From NCBI GenBank assembly GCA_005799065.1, contig SYHW01000038.1:6431-70430 (forward strand): a DNA stretch of 64,000 bases, given 5' to 3'. Position numbers and translations under genes: made by a program. The notes under the pieces are model-generated. The model was not told the origin of the DNA, did no database searches, and was given only the letters and a program-made list of their open reading frames with translations. Positions 1-9,680 of the stretch are shown here, piece by piece. Origin of the DNA: Bacteroidota bacterium (lineage in GTDB: Bacteria > Bacteroidota > Bacteroidia > UBA7662). Within the stretch, counting starts at the first letter, position 1; each line of letters opens with the position of its first letter.

Positions 1-1
1 T

Positions 2-480
2 GTCGGTCAAATAAGTGGCAACCAGAACCTGTGCGTTGGCTCGACCGACACCTATACGTCAACGGTGACAGGTGGCCGTTGGAGCAGCAGCAATACGGCG
101 GTAGCGACGGTGAACACCACAACGGGCTTGGTGACGGCATTATCATCAGGCACGGCTACGATCACTTATACAGTAGCGGGCACGGGGGGTTGTGCTGACG
201 CATCAGTGGCCATTACATTAACGGTAACGGCTTCACCGAGCGCAGGCACATTGAGTGGCAACCAGAACCTGTGTGTTGGTTCTACGGACACCTACACCTC
301 AACGGTGACAGGCGGCAGTTGGAGCAGCAGCAACCCTGCAGTAGCCAGTGTGAATACGGTAACAGGATTGGTGACTGCAATTGCGGCGGGTACTTCAAAT
401 ATCTTATACACCATAGTTGGATCGGGAGGATGTACACATTCTACGGCATCTCGAACTGTAACGGTATGTATTGCATTGCC
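2..480. repeat. Intragenic tandem repeat with a ~240-nt period, encoding consecutive Big_2 domains
   Basis: gtggcaaccagaacctgtg...acggtgacaggyggc..ttggagcagcagcaa is present at nt 15 and again at nt 255, with high DNA identity by eye. Confidence 0.75.
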
Positions 481-1783
481 GAGCCTGACAACCATTGCCT
501 CCACATCGATCAACTCGAGTGGTGCTTCAACTGGAGGCGTTGTGATCTCCGGCGGAGGAGACTATGTTTCTGCGCGGGGCGTTGTTTATGGAACCTCGGC
601 CAATCCTACCTTATCCAACCAATTTACCCAAGACGGAAATGGAATTGGAAGTTTCGTCAGTGTATTAACCGGATTAACACCAGCCACTGCGTACCGGGTA
701 AGAGCATATGCTACCAACAGTGCAGGGACAGCATACGGCAACGAGATTTTGTTTACGACTACCGTTGGCCTACCCGTTCTCGTCACGAGCAATATGAGTC
801 AGATTACGCACAACAGCGCGCAGAGTGGCGGAACAATCAGCACCGACGGCGGTGCCACGATTACCCAAAGAGGGGTTTGTTGGTCATCCACCACCCTACC
901 CACCATCTCCAATTCCCGAACACAAAATGGCACGGGAACGGGCGCATTTACAAGCAATTTGACAGGACTAACCCCTTCTACACAATACTATATTCGAGCA
1001 TATGCCACCAATTCGGCAGGGACTGCCTACGGTCAGCAACAAACCTTTACGACAACAATATTATTTGTATGCGGGACATCTCTTGCCACCGATTTAGACG
1101 GAAATAACTACGCGACCATTACGTTGAACCTCACCATCAACAGTCAACTCAGACCATTATGCTGGTTTAAACAAAATTTGCGGGTGTCGAAGTACAGAAA
1201 TGGCGACCCTATACCAACCGGCCTCGATACCTCGGCCTGGAGAAGAGCCACAACAGGAGCTATGGCATCACCCAACGACAGCGCTGTCTATGACTCAGCT
1301 TATGGCAAACTCTATAACTGGTACGCTTTGGCCGACCCACGTGGTATTTGTCCAATTGGCTGGCACGTAGCTACCGACGCTGAATACCTGGCACTCACCA
1401 GTTTTTGCCAAAGCAGTGGGTACCCCAACACATCAAGCAATCGAAATGGAACAGGCAGGGCCTTGAAGTCCTGTAGACAAATCAATACGCCTTACTCAAC
1501 GGCCTGCAACACAACAGCACACCCCCGTTGGCTCGCCCACAACAACACCAATCCCCATTATGGCATCGATGCGTTTGGGTTCTCGGCACTTCCCGCTGGA
1601 GCTCGTGTGGGGGATGACGGCTCCTACCAGGCTTTTGGTGGAAATCTGCTGCTTCAAACACCCAATTTGAGTCCTACAGACCTTAATTATGGGTATTTGC
1701 TCAGGCTGGATGCTGGTAATTTTTCTAGGGCGACAGGACTCAAAACTTGGGGAGGTTCTGTACGTTGCGTGCGCGACTATTGA
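2..1783 (+). CDS. Ig-like (Big_2) repeat protein with two ~80-aa beta-sandwich repeats and a C-terminal FISUMP (Fibrobacter succinogenes major paralogous) domain. The 5' end lies outside the window.
   Basis: The frame stays open from nt 2, and nt 2-64 translate to VGQISGNQNLCVGSTDTYTSTVTGG, which repeats the motif seen at aa ~60. Big_2-like SSSNxAVAxVNxxTGLVTA occurs twice. The C-terminus has YGKLYNWYA...CPIGWHV..DAEY..L and GGSVRCVRDY, typical of FISUMP. Confidence 0.8.
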   Translation, partial: VGQISGNQNLCVGSTDTYTSTVTGGRWSSSNTAVATVNTTTGLVTALSSGTATITYTVAGTGGCADASVAITLTVTASPSAGTLSGNQNLCVGSTDTYTSTVTGGSWSSSNPAVASVNTVTGLVTAIAAGTSNILYTIVGSGGCTHSTASRTVTVCIALPSLTTIASTSINSSGASTGGVVISGGGDYVSARGVVYGTSANPTLSNQFTQDGNGIGSFVSVLTGLTPATAYRVRAYATNSAGTAYGNEILFTTTVGLPVLVTSNMSQITHNSAQSGGTISTDGGATITQRGVCWSSTTLPTISNSRTQNGTGTGAFTSNLTGLTPSTQYYIRAYATNSAGTAYGQQQTFTTTILFVCGTSLATDLDGNNYATITLNLTINSQLRPLCWFKQNLRVSKYRNGDPIPTGLDTSAWRRATTGAMASPNDSAVYDSAYGKLYNWYALADPRGICPIGWHVATDAEYLALTSFCQSSGYPNTSSNRNGTGRALKSCRQINTPYSTACNTTAHPRWLAHNNTNPHYGIDAFGFSALPAGARVGDDGSYQAFGGNLLLQTPNLSPTDLNYGYLLRLDAGNFSRATGLKTWGGSVRCVRDY

Positions 1784-1822
1784 CGCATGTTCCTAAAAAC
1801 CTTTAAAAATTGCAATCAATTT

Positions 1823-4813
1823 CTACCGCTTAACCAAAAGCGCATGGCGCAAATAGGCGCCATGTTCAGACCTTCCTTTCAGATCTATGCGGTATGTTCC
1901 TTCTGCTAATGTGCTCAGCTCAAGTTCAGCTCCAGAAGGGTTTAACCGCATATCATTCGCCTCGAAAGAAAGCACCATTCTACCCAAGGCATCAAACAAG
2001 GAGACCGACTCCAGCGCAACCCCTTTCGGAAAATCTACTTGCACTTTGCCCGAGCTAGGGTTGGGATAGATTCTCAGCGGATCGAACAGAATCGATTGGG
2101 TTGCCCCATCTAAACGCTGAAAAAGATTTAAGTGATTCAACACGTTCCCCGAAATGTCCGAGAATTCAGAATGCTGTTTATTGATTGCTACTTGTCCCAG
2201 TGTGCCACATGTCCGAATGCGCAGGAGGGCATCACCCCGTGTCAACGGAATACCAGACTGTCGGTAAGCAGCCAACCTGAAGGTTCGCCCGACCTGTTTC
2301 CAAGTACAGGCGTCCCATGCCGCGACGCCCAACACCTCATCTACTACACAACCCTTGGGCATAAGTAAATCAAGACTCACCGCCCCAATGAGCGCGTCTT
2401 GATCAACAAAAAGTCCAGAAATTCTTGGAGAATCTTCTTCCATGCGCCATTCGGTAGAAACGTATTCAAGCGGCTGGTAGGCGGTTCTTAAATTGACATC
2501 AGGAACATAAGAGCCGTTTACATCACCCATTGCCAATACATTCAAGCCTAACGGACCCGCTTGGGGAAGGGTTACCGATGAAGGAGATAGTATCCAGTTT
2601 CCTGCAGCAAACGAATCAATTTGGGTGGTGAAACGGCGCATAATAATCAGTGCGTCTGAAGAATTAACCGAACCTGACGCGTTGACATCCGATGCTAAAA
2701 GTGGAAGGCCAGACAATTGCGATGTGCCTGTGAAGTGCCTATTGATAAAAAGGGCATCCGTCGCATTACCCCCACTCCAAGGTTTTTGGGTGTTTATATT
2801 TAAACTATAAGATCCCGCCGGTGCACTGAAGCTGAAATCACCCGTGCTTCCAGTAGATGCAGAGGCGATCTGTGCAGTTCCTTGCATCAGACGAATTGAA
2901 GAATTGGTGAAAGGGGTGAGTGCAGTGTTCAGGTACCGAAGGTTGCCAGTGACCGAGGGTGCGCTGGCTTGTCCTTTGACCCTGATGTTAGCCAAATAAA
3001 GGTTATTGCCATATCCATTGATGCTGTTGAAACGTAGCCGTATTTTTTGTCCGGCATAGTTCGAAAGGGAGATGGAATCGCGGCGCCACTGTGCGGCCGT
3101 AGAAGGGGTGAACGATGTAGTAACCGTACCCGCTGTGGCCAACAATAAATTCTCTTTGAGGTAAATTCCGTTGGTGAAGGTGAGCCCGCAATCGGTGGAA
3201 ATATCCACGCGCAGCTTGTCGAATAATGTTGAACTGTATCGTGCGTAGGATACATCGAACGATACTACCGGGTTGCTGATGCCCACGAGATCAATCACAG
3301 GCGAGACCAAACCGTCTACTTGACCCGTAGCATTGTAATCAAACAAGTCAATCCACACCATAGGGGTTGACGTTCCTGCCGGCGTGACACCCGTACGAAA
3401 CGCCCACGTAGTTGCTGCATCCGGATTGGAAATCGACCAACCCGATGCGAGTGTGGCGCCTGGAAAAGTCTCCAGGAAGGGGATGCTCCTTCCTGACCCG
3501 ATCACAACAGCGTTTGATTGCAATATACTATCGCTTCCAAATGCATTGCTCACACGCAGTTGAATGCTGTAGTTTCCGGTTTGGCTAAAAATGACGACCG
3601 GGTTTTGTGATGCAGCGGAAGTACCTGAAGTGAATTGAATGCCGGTCGAAGGCTGGATTGTCCACAACCACTGGGTAGGTCCGTTGGTACTTTGATCGGT
3701 GAGGGTTACGGGCACATTAAGACAAGCCTGAATTTGCCCCTGCGAAATGCCGGCAATAGGCGGACTGTTTAAAGGCTGGCAAGCGGGGGATGTGCGCAGA
3801 TTGGAACGCCGCGGACTATTTTCCATGACCGTTCGAATCCTTATTCGCTGATCCGCCGTAAAAATGTTCATACAGGCATCGTCGGTGTAGTCCATGTAAT
3901 TCTGAACCATATCAACGGTACCGCATGAAACATGAGTGGTAGGACAACCATAATTTGCCGCGTCGCTGGCCGGTGTGTCTCCGCAGAAATCATCTACTGA
4001 GCAGCCTCCATCGCCCCAAATATGCCTGAGCCCCAGATAATGCCCGACCTCATGGGTGGCCGTACGGCCCGCATTGTAGGTACCCGAAAATGGATTCGCA
4101 GGAGGCCGACCGATGCTGGTGTGCAGGCAAACAACACCATCCGTACTGGCTGAGGCGCTTCCCGAAAGACCTGGCAGGGAACTGACTGGAAATTGCGCAT
4201 ACCCCAAAATGCTGCCTGAAAGGGGTACAATCCAAAAGTTAAAATACTGTTCTGGATTCCAAATGGTTGCCGGCTTGATGGTACCATCCACATAAGAAGT
4301 GGTAAAATTGGTGCCTGAAGGATAAGAATAGCGAACAATGCCTGTAGTGGAATTGCCTTGAGGGTCGCGCGTTGCCAAACAAAATTGAATACCGGTGTTG
4401 GCTGCTACCGGACGAAATCCGGCTGGTGTATTGATCGTATCGGCATTTAAACGGGCAAAATCCTCGTTTAGAATCTGCAACTGCGATAAAATCTGAGCCG
4501 TCGATATGTTTTCAGTCGCATTGGAATAAATGACATGAAACACAATGGGTATGGTGTAGATGGTTTGTTCCGCTTGTGGCTCCTGGGCCTTGCGTGCGAT
4601 GGCCTGTGCCAGCCAATTTTCGAACTGCACCCTGGTTTCCGTAGTTCTGCCTGTTTGAAGGTTCCATTCCTCCATCTCCGTACTGAAGCAACGTATGGGT
4701 GATGCCGTAGACTCGATTGCTGCAGGTAGTTGCTTGGTCTGACCATATAGGGCAAACGACTGCATCAGGCCCAAAAAAAATCCTAAAAATAGGGTCGTTG
4801 ATTTCCTTTTCAT
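1823..4813 (-). CDS. Secreted multidomain M43 (pappalysin/ulilysin-type) zinc metalloprotease with a dockerin-like module and a T9SS C-terminal sorting domain
   Basis: HEVGHYLGLRHIWGDGGC...FCGDTPA zinc site at ~4033-4062. Signal peptide MKRKSTTLFLGFFLGLMQSFALYG, from the ATG at 4813. Dockerin-like DVNASGSVNSSDALIIMRRF. C-terminal IYPNPSSGKVQV...LLVKR matches a Por/T9SS CTD. The ORF-track start at 4918 is probably too far upstream. Confidence 0.85.
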   Translation of the reverse strand: MKRKSTTLFLGFFLGLMQSFALYGQTKQLPAAIESTASPIRCFSTEMEEWNLQTGRTTETRVQFENWLAQAIARKAQEPQAEQTIYTIPIVFHVIYSNATENISTAQILSQLQILNEDFARLNADTINTPAGFRPVAANTGIQFCLATRDPQGNSTTGIVRYSYPSGTNFTTSYVDGTIKPATIWNPEQYFNFWIVPLSGSILGYAQFPVSSLPGLSGSASASTDGVVCLHTSIGRPPANPFSGTYNAGRTATHEVGHYLGLRHIWGDGGCSVDDFCGDTPASDAANYGCPTTHVSCGTVDMVQNYMDYTDDACMNIFTADQRIRIRTVMENSPRRSNLRTSPACQPLNSPPIAGISQGQIQACLNVPVTLTDQSTNGPTQWLWTIQPSTGIQFTSGTSAASQNPVVIFSQTGNYSIQLRVSNAFGSDSILQSNAVVIGSGRSIPFLETFPGATLASGWSISNPDAATTWAFRTGVTPAGTSTPMVWIDLFDYNATGQVDGLVSPVIDLVGISNPVVSFDVSYARYSSTLFDKLRVDISTDCGLTFTNGIYLKENLLLATAGTVTTSFTPSTAAQWRRDSISLSNYAGQKIRLRFNSINGYGNNLYLANIRVKGQASAPSVTGNLRYLNTALTPFTNSSIRLMQGTAQIASASTGSTGDFSFSAPAGSYSLNINTQKPWSGGNATDALFINRHFTGTSQLSGLPLLASDVNASGSVNSSDALIIMRRFTTQIDSFAAGNWILSPSSVTLPQAGPLGLNVLAMGDVNGSYVPDVNLRTAYQPLEYVSTEWRMEEDSPRISGLFVDQDALIGAVSLDLLMPKGCVVDEVLGVAAWDACTWKQVGRTFRLAAYRQSGIPLTRGDALLRIRTCGTLGQVAINKQHSEFSDISGNVLNHLNLFQRLDGATQSILFDPLRIYPNPSSGKVQVDFPKGVALESVSLFDALGRMVLSFEANDMRLNPSGAELELSTLAEGTYRIDLKGRSEHGAYLRHALLVKR

Positions 4814-4869
4814 ATCGTACGTTTTTACGCAATAAGTAACTTTATTAGACAATGAAAGCGGAGAATAGT

Positions 4870-5652
4870 TTAAAATCCAGATGTTGATTTGGTACAAATC
4901 GCATAATAATCGAGGCAATTTTTGGCCAGCGGTGCCACGAAATAATCGGAAGCCACAATATCATGTACCAGGCCTGTATTCGACCGGCGCAGCATCATTC
5001 GGTTGGCTCGATTGGCCAAATCGTAGGGGATTTGCAGCCATTTTCGCGGTAAACGATGTTGGAGGTCGAACACATCGAAACGGGTAAACTTGCGCACAGA
5101 CGCCTTATTTTTTTGGTAATAGTCCATCACCTTTTCATTCCCAAAAATCCCCCGAAGCTCGGTGCCCCCTCGTCCAAAAACCCGCTCCAAAATGGCTTGC
5201 ATTTCAACAGGCGTATATTCACGAACGTGCCAGGGATTCCGGCTAAGCGACATCAGGCGGTTGGGTGTTGTGAGCATGAGCACACCTCCAGGACGCAGAA
5301 CCCGATGAATTTCGCGCAAAAAATCAAGGTCTGCTTCAATGTGTTCGATGACCTGGAACGTCACCACGCAATCAAAAGAGTTATCGGGTGTATCGGGAAT
5401 GGGCGGAAGATCTGCCCGAACCAAACGAACATGCTTGGCCACAGGGCGCGCTGGATCCAAGAATTTATCCATGCCAACATATTCGTCACACAAGGGCGAC
5501 AACAATTCCATTCCATAACCCTCACCCAATCCCAATTCCAATACGCGGCCGCTTACTGAAAGCGCTGCTGTTTGATAGGCGATCAGGTGCCTTTGAAAAA
5601 TGGGATTTTCCGATGCGTCGAGGGCAGAGGATCGTTCTGCGGTTTGTAGCAT
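4870..5652 (-). CDS. Class I SAM-dependent methyltransferase
   Basis: VLELGLGEGYG (motif I), followed by FDCVVTFQVIEH and LRPGGVLMLTTPN. Confidence 0.8.
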   Translation of the reverse strand: MLQTAERSSALDASENPIFQRHLIAYQTAALSVSGRVLELGLGEGYGMELLSPLCDEYVGMDKFLDPARPVAKHVRLVRADLPPIPDTPDNSFDCVVTFQVIEHIEADLDFLREIHRVLRPGGVLMLTTPNRLMSLSRNPWHVREYTPVEMQAILERVFGRGGTELRGIFGNEKVMDYYQKNKASVRKFTRFDVFDLQHRLPRKWLQIPYDLANRANRMMLRRSNTGLVHDIVASDYFVAPLAKNCLDYYAICTKSTSGF

Positions 5653-5767
5653 GATTAAAGTTTGAAAAAAACGCCTATTTTAGGTGAAAATGAAAAAAAA
5701 CGCTGATAACATCAGTGAGTATGGAGAAAAACGCCGATCGAATATGCTGCAAAAATAGCGAAACGAA

Positions 5768-8389
5768 TCAGGAAGCGGCCTCCACCCGGCGTTTGATTTC
5801 ATGCAGCACAAACAACGCTTCAACGGGGGTGGTCCGTTCTACATCAGTGGCACGGAGCATCCGCTTAACTTCCTCCCAAATGGGATCGGATGGGGTAAAC
5901 AGACCCAACTGATGGGCTGTACCTAAACGCTTCTTCATGCGCTTTTGTCGGTCGGGTCGCTCTTCTTCCAACTGACGTAAAAGCTCGTCGGCCCTGCGCA
6001 ATACGGTCTGGGGAACACCCGCCATGCGCGCTACATGGAGTCCAAAACTGTGCTCACTGCCTCCAGGCAGGAGCTTGCGCGTGAAAATCAAACGTCCATC
6101 TTGCTGGGCAATTCCCACATGGTAATTGTGAATTCGGTCGAATCGATCGGCCATGTCGTTGAGTTCATGGTAATGGGTGGCAAACAAAGTACGGGGATGT
6201 ATGGATGGATGTTCATGCAGGTACTCCGCAATCGACCAAGCTATGGAAATACCGTCGTAGGTACTCGTTCCCCGACCAATCTCATCCAACAAAATCAGCG
6301 AACGCGCCGAAACATTGTTCAAAATGGATGCTGTTTCCAGCATTTCAACCATGAAAGTCGATTCACCGGCCGATAAATTATCCGATGCGCCCACCCGGGT
6401 GAAAATTTTATCAAACAAACCCACCCGAGCCGCTTGCGCCGGCACATAGCCCCCCATCTGGGCCATAATCACCAGCAAGGCCGTCTGACGCAGGAGCGCG
6501 CTTTTGCCCGACATATTGGGCCCTGTAATCATCATCATCTGCTGATCCGAACAATCCAGGACCATATCATGTGGTACATAAGGCTCACCAGGGGGCAACA
6601 AGGTTTCGATCACAGGATGTCGGCCGCCTTTGATGTCCAAGACGAGTGAATCGTCCAAATGGGGGCAGGCATAACCGGCCTCGACCGCTTTCATGGCCAA
6701 CGCCAACAAAGCATCGCAACGGGCCAACCAAGCGGCCATAGTCTGCAACAATCCAATGTGGGGCTGTAATTGATCCAATAGGCTGCGGTAGAGCCGTGCC
6801 TCAATGGCGGCAATCGACTCCTCAGCATGCATATATTGATCCTCAAATTCTTTCAATTCGGGGGTGATGTAGCGTTCGGCGTTCACCAGTGTTTGTTTGC
6901 GGATCCACCCGGCTGGCACTTTATCGCGGTGGGCATGGGTAACCTCCAAATAGAAGCCAAAGACTTGGTTGAAGCTGATTTTAAGAGAACTGATGCCGGT
7001 TTGATGGATTTCGCGGTCTACCATTTGCTGCATGAATCCCTTAGCCCCGGTCGACAAGGAGCGCAAGTGGTCGAGTTCGGCATCAACCCCTTCTCCGATG
7101 ATACCGGGTTTGGTCGAAAGTGCGGGTGCATCGGGCGAAACAAACCCATCGATCAAGGACCACACACCCGGGTCGAATGGCAGCGAGGCAATCCAATCGG
7201 TATCGAGCCGTTCATCTTCGGCTGCTTTTTGCATACACAACCGAATCGGTTCTATTTCCTGAAGTACGCTTTTCAGGTGAAGGAGCTCACGTGGCTGTAC
7301 CCTGTAGGTGGCCAAGCGCGATAAAATACGTTCGAAATCACCCAGCCTACCCAAATATGAAGCGAGTTCGTTGCGTCGAAGGGTTTGGTTCACCAAAGCG
7401 GAAACGAGCTGCTGCCGAGTTCGAATGCGGCTGAGTTCACACAATGGAAAAAGAAGCCAACGCCGCAACAACCGGGCACCCATGGGTGTCGTGGCGCGAT
7501 CAATGACCTGAAATAATGAGGTACCGCCGGTATGGGAAGCATCCACCAATTCCAGGTTTCGAACGGTGAACCGATCCATCCACACAAATTGCTCTGCGTC
7601 GATCCGACTGAGTCGGGTGATGTGTGCCAAACGCGATTTATGCACCTCAGTGAGGTAATGCATGATGGCCCCCGCCGCCACAATACCCAATCCAAGCTCA
7701 TCGACCCCGAATCCCTTGAGGCTAGGGGTCTGAAAATGTCGTTGAAGTAGGTCGCGCCCATAATCGCCAGCAAAAACCCAGTCTTCGATGGGTTGTGTGG
7801 CTACTTTTGCCAGGCCTGGAGGTGGCGGCTCGTTGCGCTGTGCACGTGGCATTAAAAATTCAGTGGGTTGATGATCGACCAACAAACGGATCATGTCGTT
7901 GTGGTTTCCCTCCGCCAGGTAAAAGACGCCCGTGCTTACATCCACCAAGGCGATTCCACTGCGCCCCTGATCGCTGTGCACACAAGCCAGGTAATTGTTG
8001 CTTCGCTGGTCGAGTATTTTGTCGCTGAATACCACACCCGGAGTCAGGAGCTCTGTTACTTCCCGTTTCACGATGGTTTTGGTGGCCTTGGGGTCTTCCA
8101 TTTGTTCGCATACGGCCACGCGTTGACCGGCTTTCACCAGACGTGGCAGGTAGGTCTCGAGCGAATGATGGGGAAAACCAGCCAATTCCATATCGGCTGC
8201 AGCTCCATTGGAACGACGGGTGAGTACAATCCCGAGTATGGAGGAGGTCTTGATGGCATCTTCTCCGAAGGTCTCATAGAAATCACCCACCCGAAAAAGC
8301 AGCAAGGCTCCAGGGTGTTGTGCCTTCAACTGGTTGTACTGTTGCATTAATGGCGTTTCTTTGGACCCTGTCCCAGCCTTTTCTTTCAT
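5768..8389 (-). CDS. mutS: DNA mismatch repair protein MutS
   Basis: N-terminal TPLMQQY..K......LLFRVGDFYETF, Walker A GPNMSGKS, and DEIGRGTSTYDG. The 873-aa length fits. Confidence 0.97.
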   Translation of the reverse strand: MKEKAGTGSKETPLMQQYNQLKAQHPGALLLFRVGDFYETFGEDAIKTSSILGIVLTRRSNGAAADMELAGFPHHSLETYLPRLVKAGQRVAVCEQMEDPKATKTIVKREVTELLTPGVVFSDKILDQRSNNYLACVHSDQGRSGIALVDVSTGVFYLAEGNHNDMIRLLVDHQPTEFLMPRAQRNEPPPPGLAKVATQPIEDWVFAGDYGRDLLQRHFQTPSLKGFGVDELGLGIVAAGAIMHYLTEVHKSRLAHITRLSRIDAEQFVWMDRFTVRNLELVDASHTGGTSLFQVIDRATTPMGARLLRRWLLFPLCELSRIRTRQQLVSALVNQTLRRNELASYLGRLGDFERILSRLATYRVQPRELLHLKSVLQEIEPIRLCMQKAAEDERLDTDWIASLPFDPGVWSLIDGFVSPDAPALSTKPGIIGEGVDAELDHLRSLSTGAKGFMQQMVDREIHQTGISSLKISFNQVFGFYLEVTHAHRDKVPAGWIRKQTLVNAERYITPELKEFEDQYMHAEESIAAIEARLYRSLLDQLQPHIGLLQTMAAWLARCDALLALAMKAVEAGYACPHLDDSLVLDIKGGRHPVIETLLPPGEPYVPHDMVLDCSDQQMMMITGPNMSGKSALLRQTALLVIMAQMGGYVPAQAARVGLFDKIFTRVGASDNLSAGESTFMVEMLETASILNNVSARSLILLDEIGRGTSTYDGISIAWSIAEYLHEHPSIHPRTLFATHYHELNDMADRFDRIHNYHVGIAQQDGRLIFTRKLLPGGSEHSFGLHVARMAGVPQTVLRRADELLRQLEEERPDRQKRMKKRLGTAHQLGLFTPSDPIWEEVKRMLRATDVERTTPVEALFVLHEIKRRVEAAS

Positions 8390-8410
8390 GGATGAAATCA
8401 GTTTTATTGT

Positions 8411-8938
8411 ATGCGCCAGTTGACCGCTCCCGAACTGAACCGTTTATCGCCTCTGGATTTCAAAAATAGCGAAAAATTGCCGGTCAGCCTGCTGCTCGAA
8501 AATGTACGCAGCATGCACAATGTGGGTTCAATTTTCAGAACGGCCGATGCGTTTTGCTTGTCGAAGATCTACCTCACCGGCATCACGGGAAGTCCACCCC
8601 ACCGCGAAATCCACCGTTCGGCTTTGGGCGCTGAAGATACGGTATCATGGGAACACCACCCGAATCCTCTGAGCTTCGCCAACCAATTGAAACAACAAGG
8701 TCATGTCTTGGTGGCGGTAGAGACGACAAACGAGAGTGTCGGCTTGGACCAATGGACTTGGGCATTTGGGCAGCCTTTGACGCTGATTTTGGGCAATGAA
8801 GTCGAAGGGGTGTCGCCCGAAATGCTGCAGCTATGCGTTGGCTCAGTCCACATTCCTCAGGGAGGCACCAAACATTCCCTGAATGTATCCGTCTGTGGGG
8901 GCGTGGTGGCCTGGGAACTATATCGCCGATGGAAGTGA
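8411..8938 (+). CDS. SpoU/TrmH-family RNA 2'-O-methyltransferase
   Basis: 175 aa with NVGSIFRTADAF, LILGNEVEGVS and SLNVSVCGGV, the SPOUT knot motifs. Confidence 0.8.
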   Translation: MRQLTAPELNRLSPLDFKNSEKLPVSLLLENVRSMHNVGSIFRTADAFCLSKIYLTGITGSPPHREIHRSALGAEDTVSWEHHPNPLSFANQLKQQGHVLVAVETTNESVGLDQWTWAFGQPLTLILGNEVEGVSPEMLQLCVGSVHIPQGGTKHSLNVSVCGGVVAWELYRRWK

Positions 8939-9013
8939 AAATGGGGGGCTTCAGCCCGGTTTTTCAATATTTCATATGAGACCTGAGATGGTTTAAATTC
9001 TTTCTCCAACCAT

Positions 9014-9466
9014 TCAGGGGGCTAGAATATTTCTTTCTGGTCTTGGTGTTTTTTGCCATAGATAAACACTGCCAGTTTTCAATACTTTCCAATCGTAATT
9101 TCGTGTTATTTTAATAATTGGGTTTGATGTGGAAACAATTAAGCTCAATCCAATGAGCAAAACAAGGCTTAATACCCAAACTATTTTGGTAACTTTTTTA
9201 GGAATTTGAACGGCAGGAAACCACTTTGTAAAGGCTAAAACCAACCACAAGACTAAGGTGAAGTATAGTAAAAAATCAGCCATAAAATCTAATACAAAGA
9301 ACTGCAATGACATGGACGTATGAAAACCTTCGCCCATAAATGCGATCGGAAAACCCCAATACAACTTATCAGGTCCATCAACAGGTAACGTATACCACCA
9401 TTTTGTTACACTATACATGTAAATGCTGGTTAGTGCCAGGGTCAATTGTACGATCTGTTTTTTCAT
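9014..9466 (-). CDS. Hypothetical small integral membrane protein (orphan, AT-rich)
   Basis: 150-aa ORF with 3-4 hydrophobic helices and no family I recognise. A hand count of two 60-nt lines gives ~35% GC, against >50% in the neighbours. Confidence 0.55.
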   Translation of the reverse strand: MKKQIVQLTLALTSIYMYSVTKWWYTLPVDGPDKLYWGFPIAFMGEGFHTSMSLQFFVLDFMADFLLYFTLVLWLVLAFTKWFPAVQIPKKVTKIVWVLSLVLLIGLSLIVSTSNPIIKITRNYDWKVLKTGSVYLWQKTPRPERNILAP

Positions 9467-9501
9467 GTTTCAATCGCTTTGTTTAGCGTTTGCGATAACG
9501 T

Positions 9502-9533
9502 TTGAAGTGGTCGGAGATCCTTGAAGTGGTCGG
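9502..9533. repeat. Direct repeat ttgaagtggtcgg x2 (19-bp spacing) upstream of the orphan membrane-protein gene
   Basis: Exact 13-mer copies at 9502-9514 and 9521-9533, which is 36-67 nt upstream of the minus-strand ATG at 9466. Confidence 0.7.
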
Positions 9534-9680
9534 GTCAAATTCTCTACCCAAACAATTTGTCAAACCCCCAACTTTTCCGTTTCGCAACGCAGCCTATAAG
9601 CACGAAACCGGCTAAAGCCCGATTAAGGCCATCCTCAATTCCAACATTTGGGTGCAGCCTAACTCGGGAAGCCTGCAAAC

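Noticed and set aside
271-1107. 278-aa alternative-frame ORF on the plus strand
   Set aside because: It overlaps the Big_2/FISUMP gene in another frame and has a Cys/Arg-rich nonsense-like composition. The annotated frame has clear domain repeats.
4765-4775. A8/T8 homopolymer in the signal-peptide region of the large M43 protease as a phase-variation switch
   Set aside because: Homopolymers of 8 occur repeatedly in ordinary genes in this window (12279, 38996, 44289). The length is borderline for slippage switching, and there is no supporting evidence.
8390-8410. Only 21 nt between the divergent mutS and SpoU-methyltransferase starts
   Set aside because: This is probably a start-codon assignment issue. 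MutS may begin at the internal MQQY Met. Nothing structured is visible in the spacer itself.
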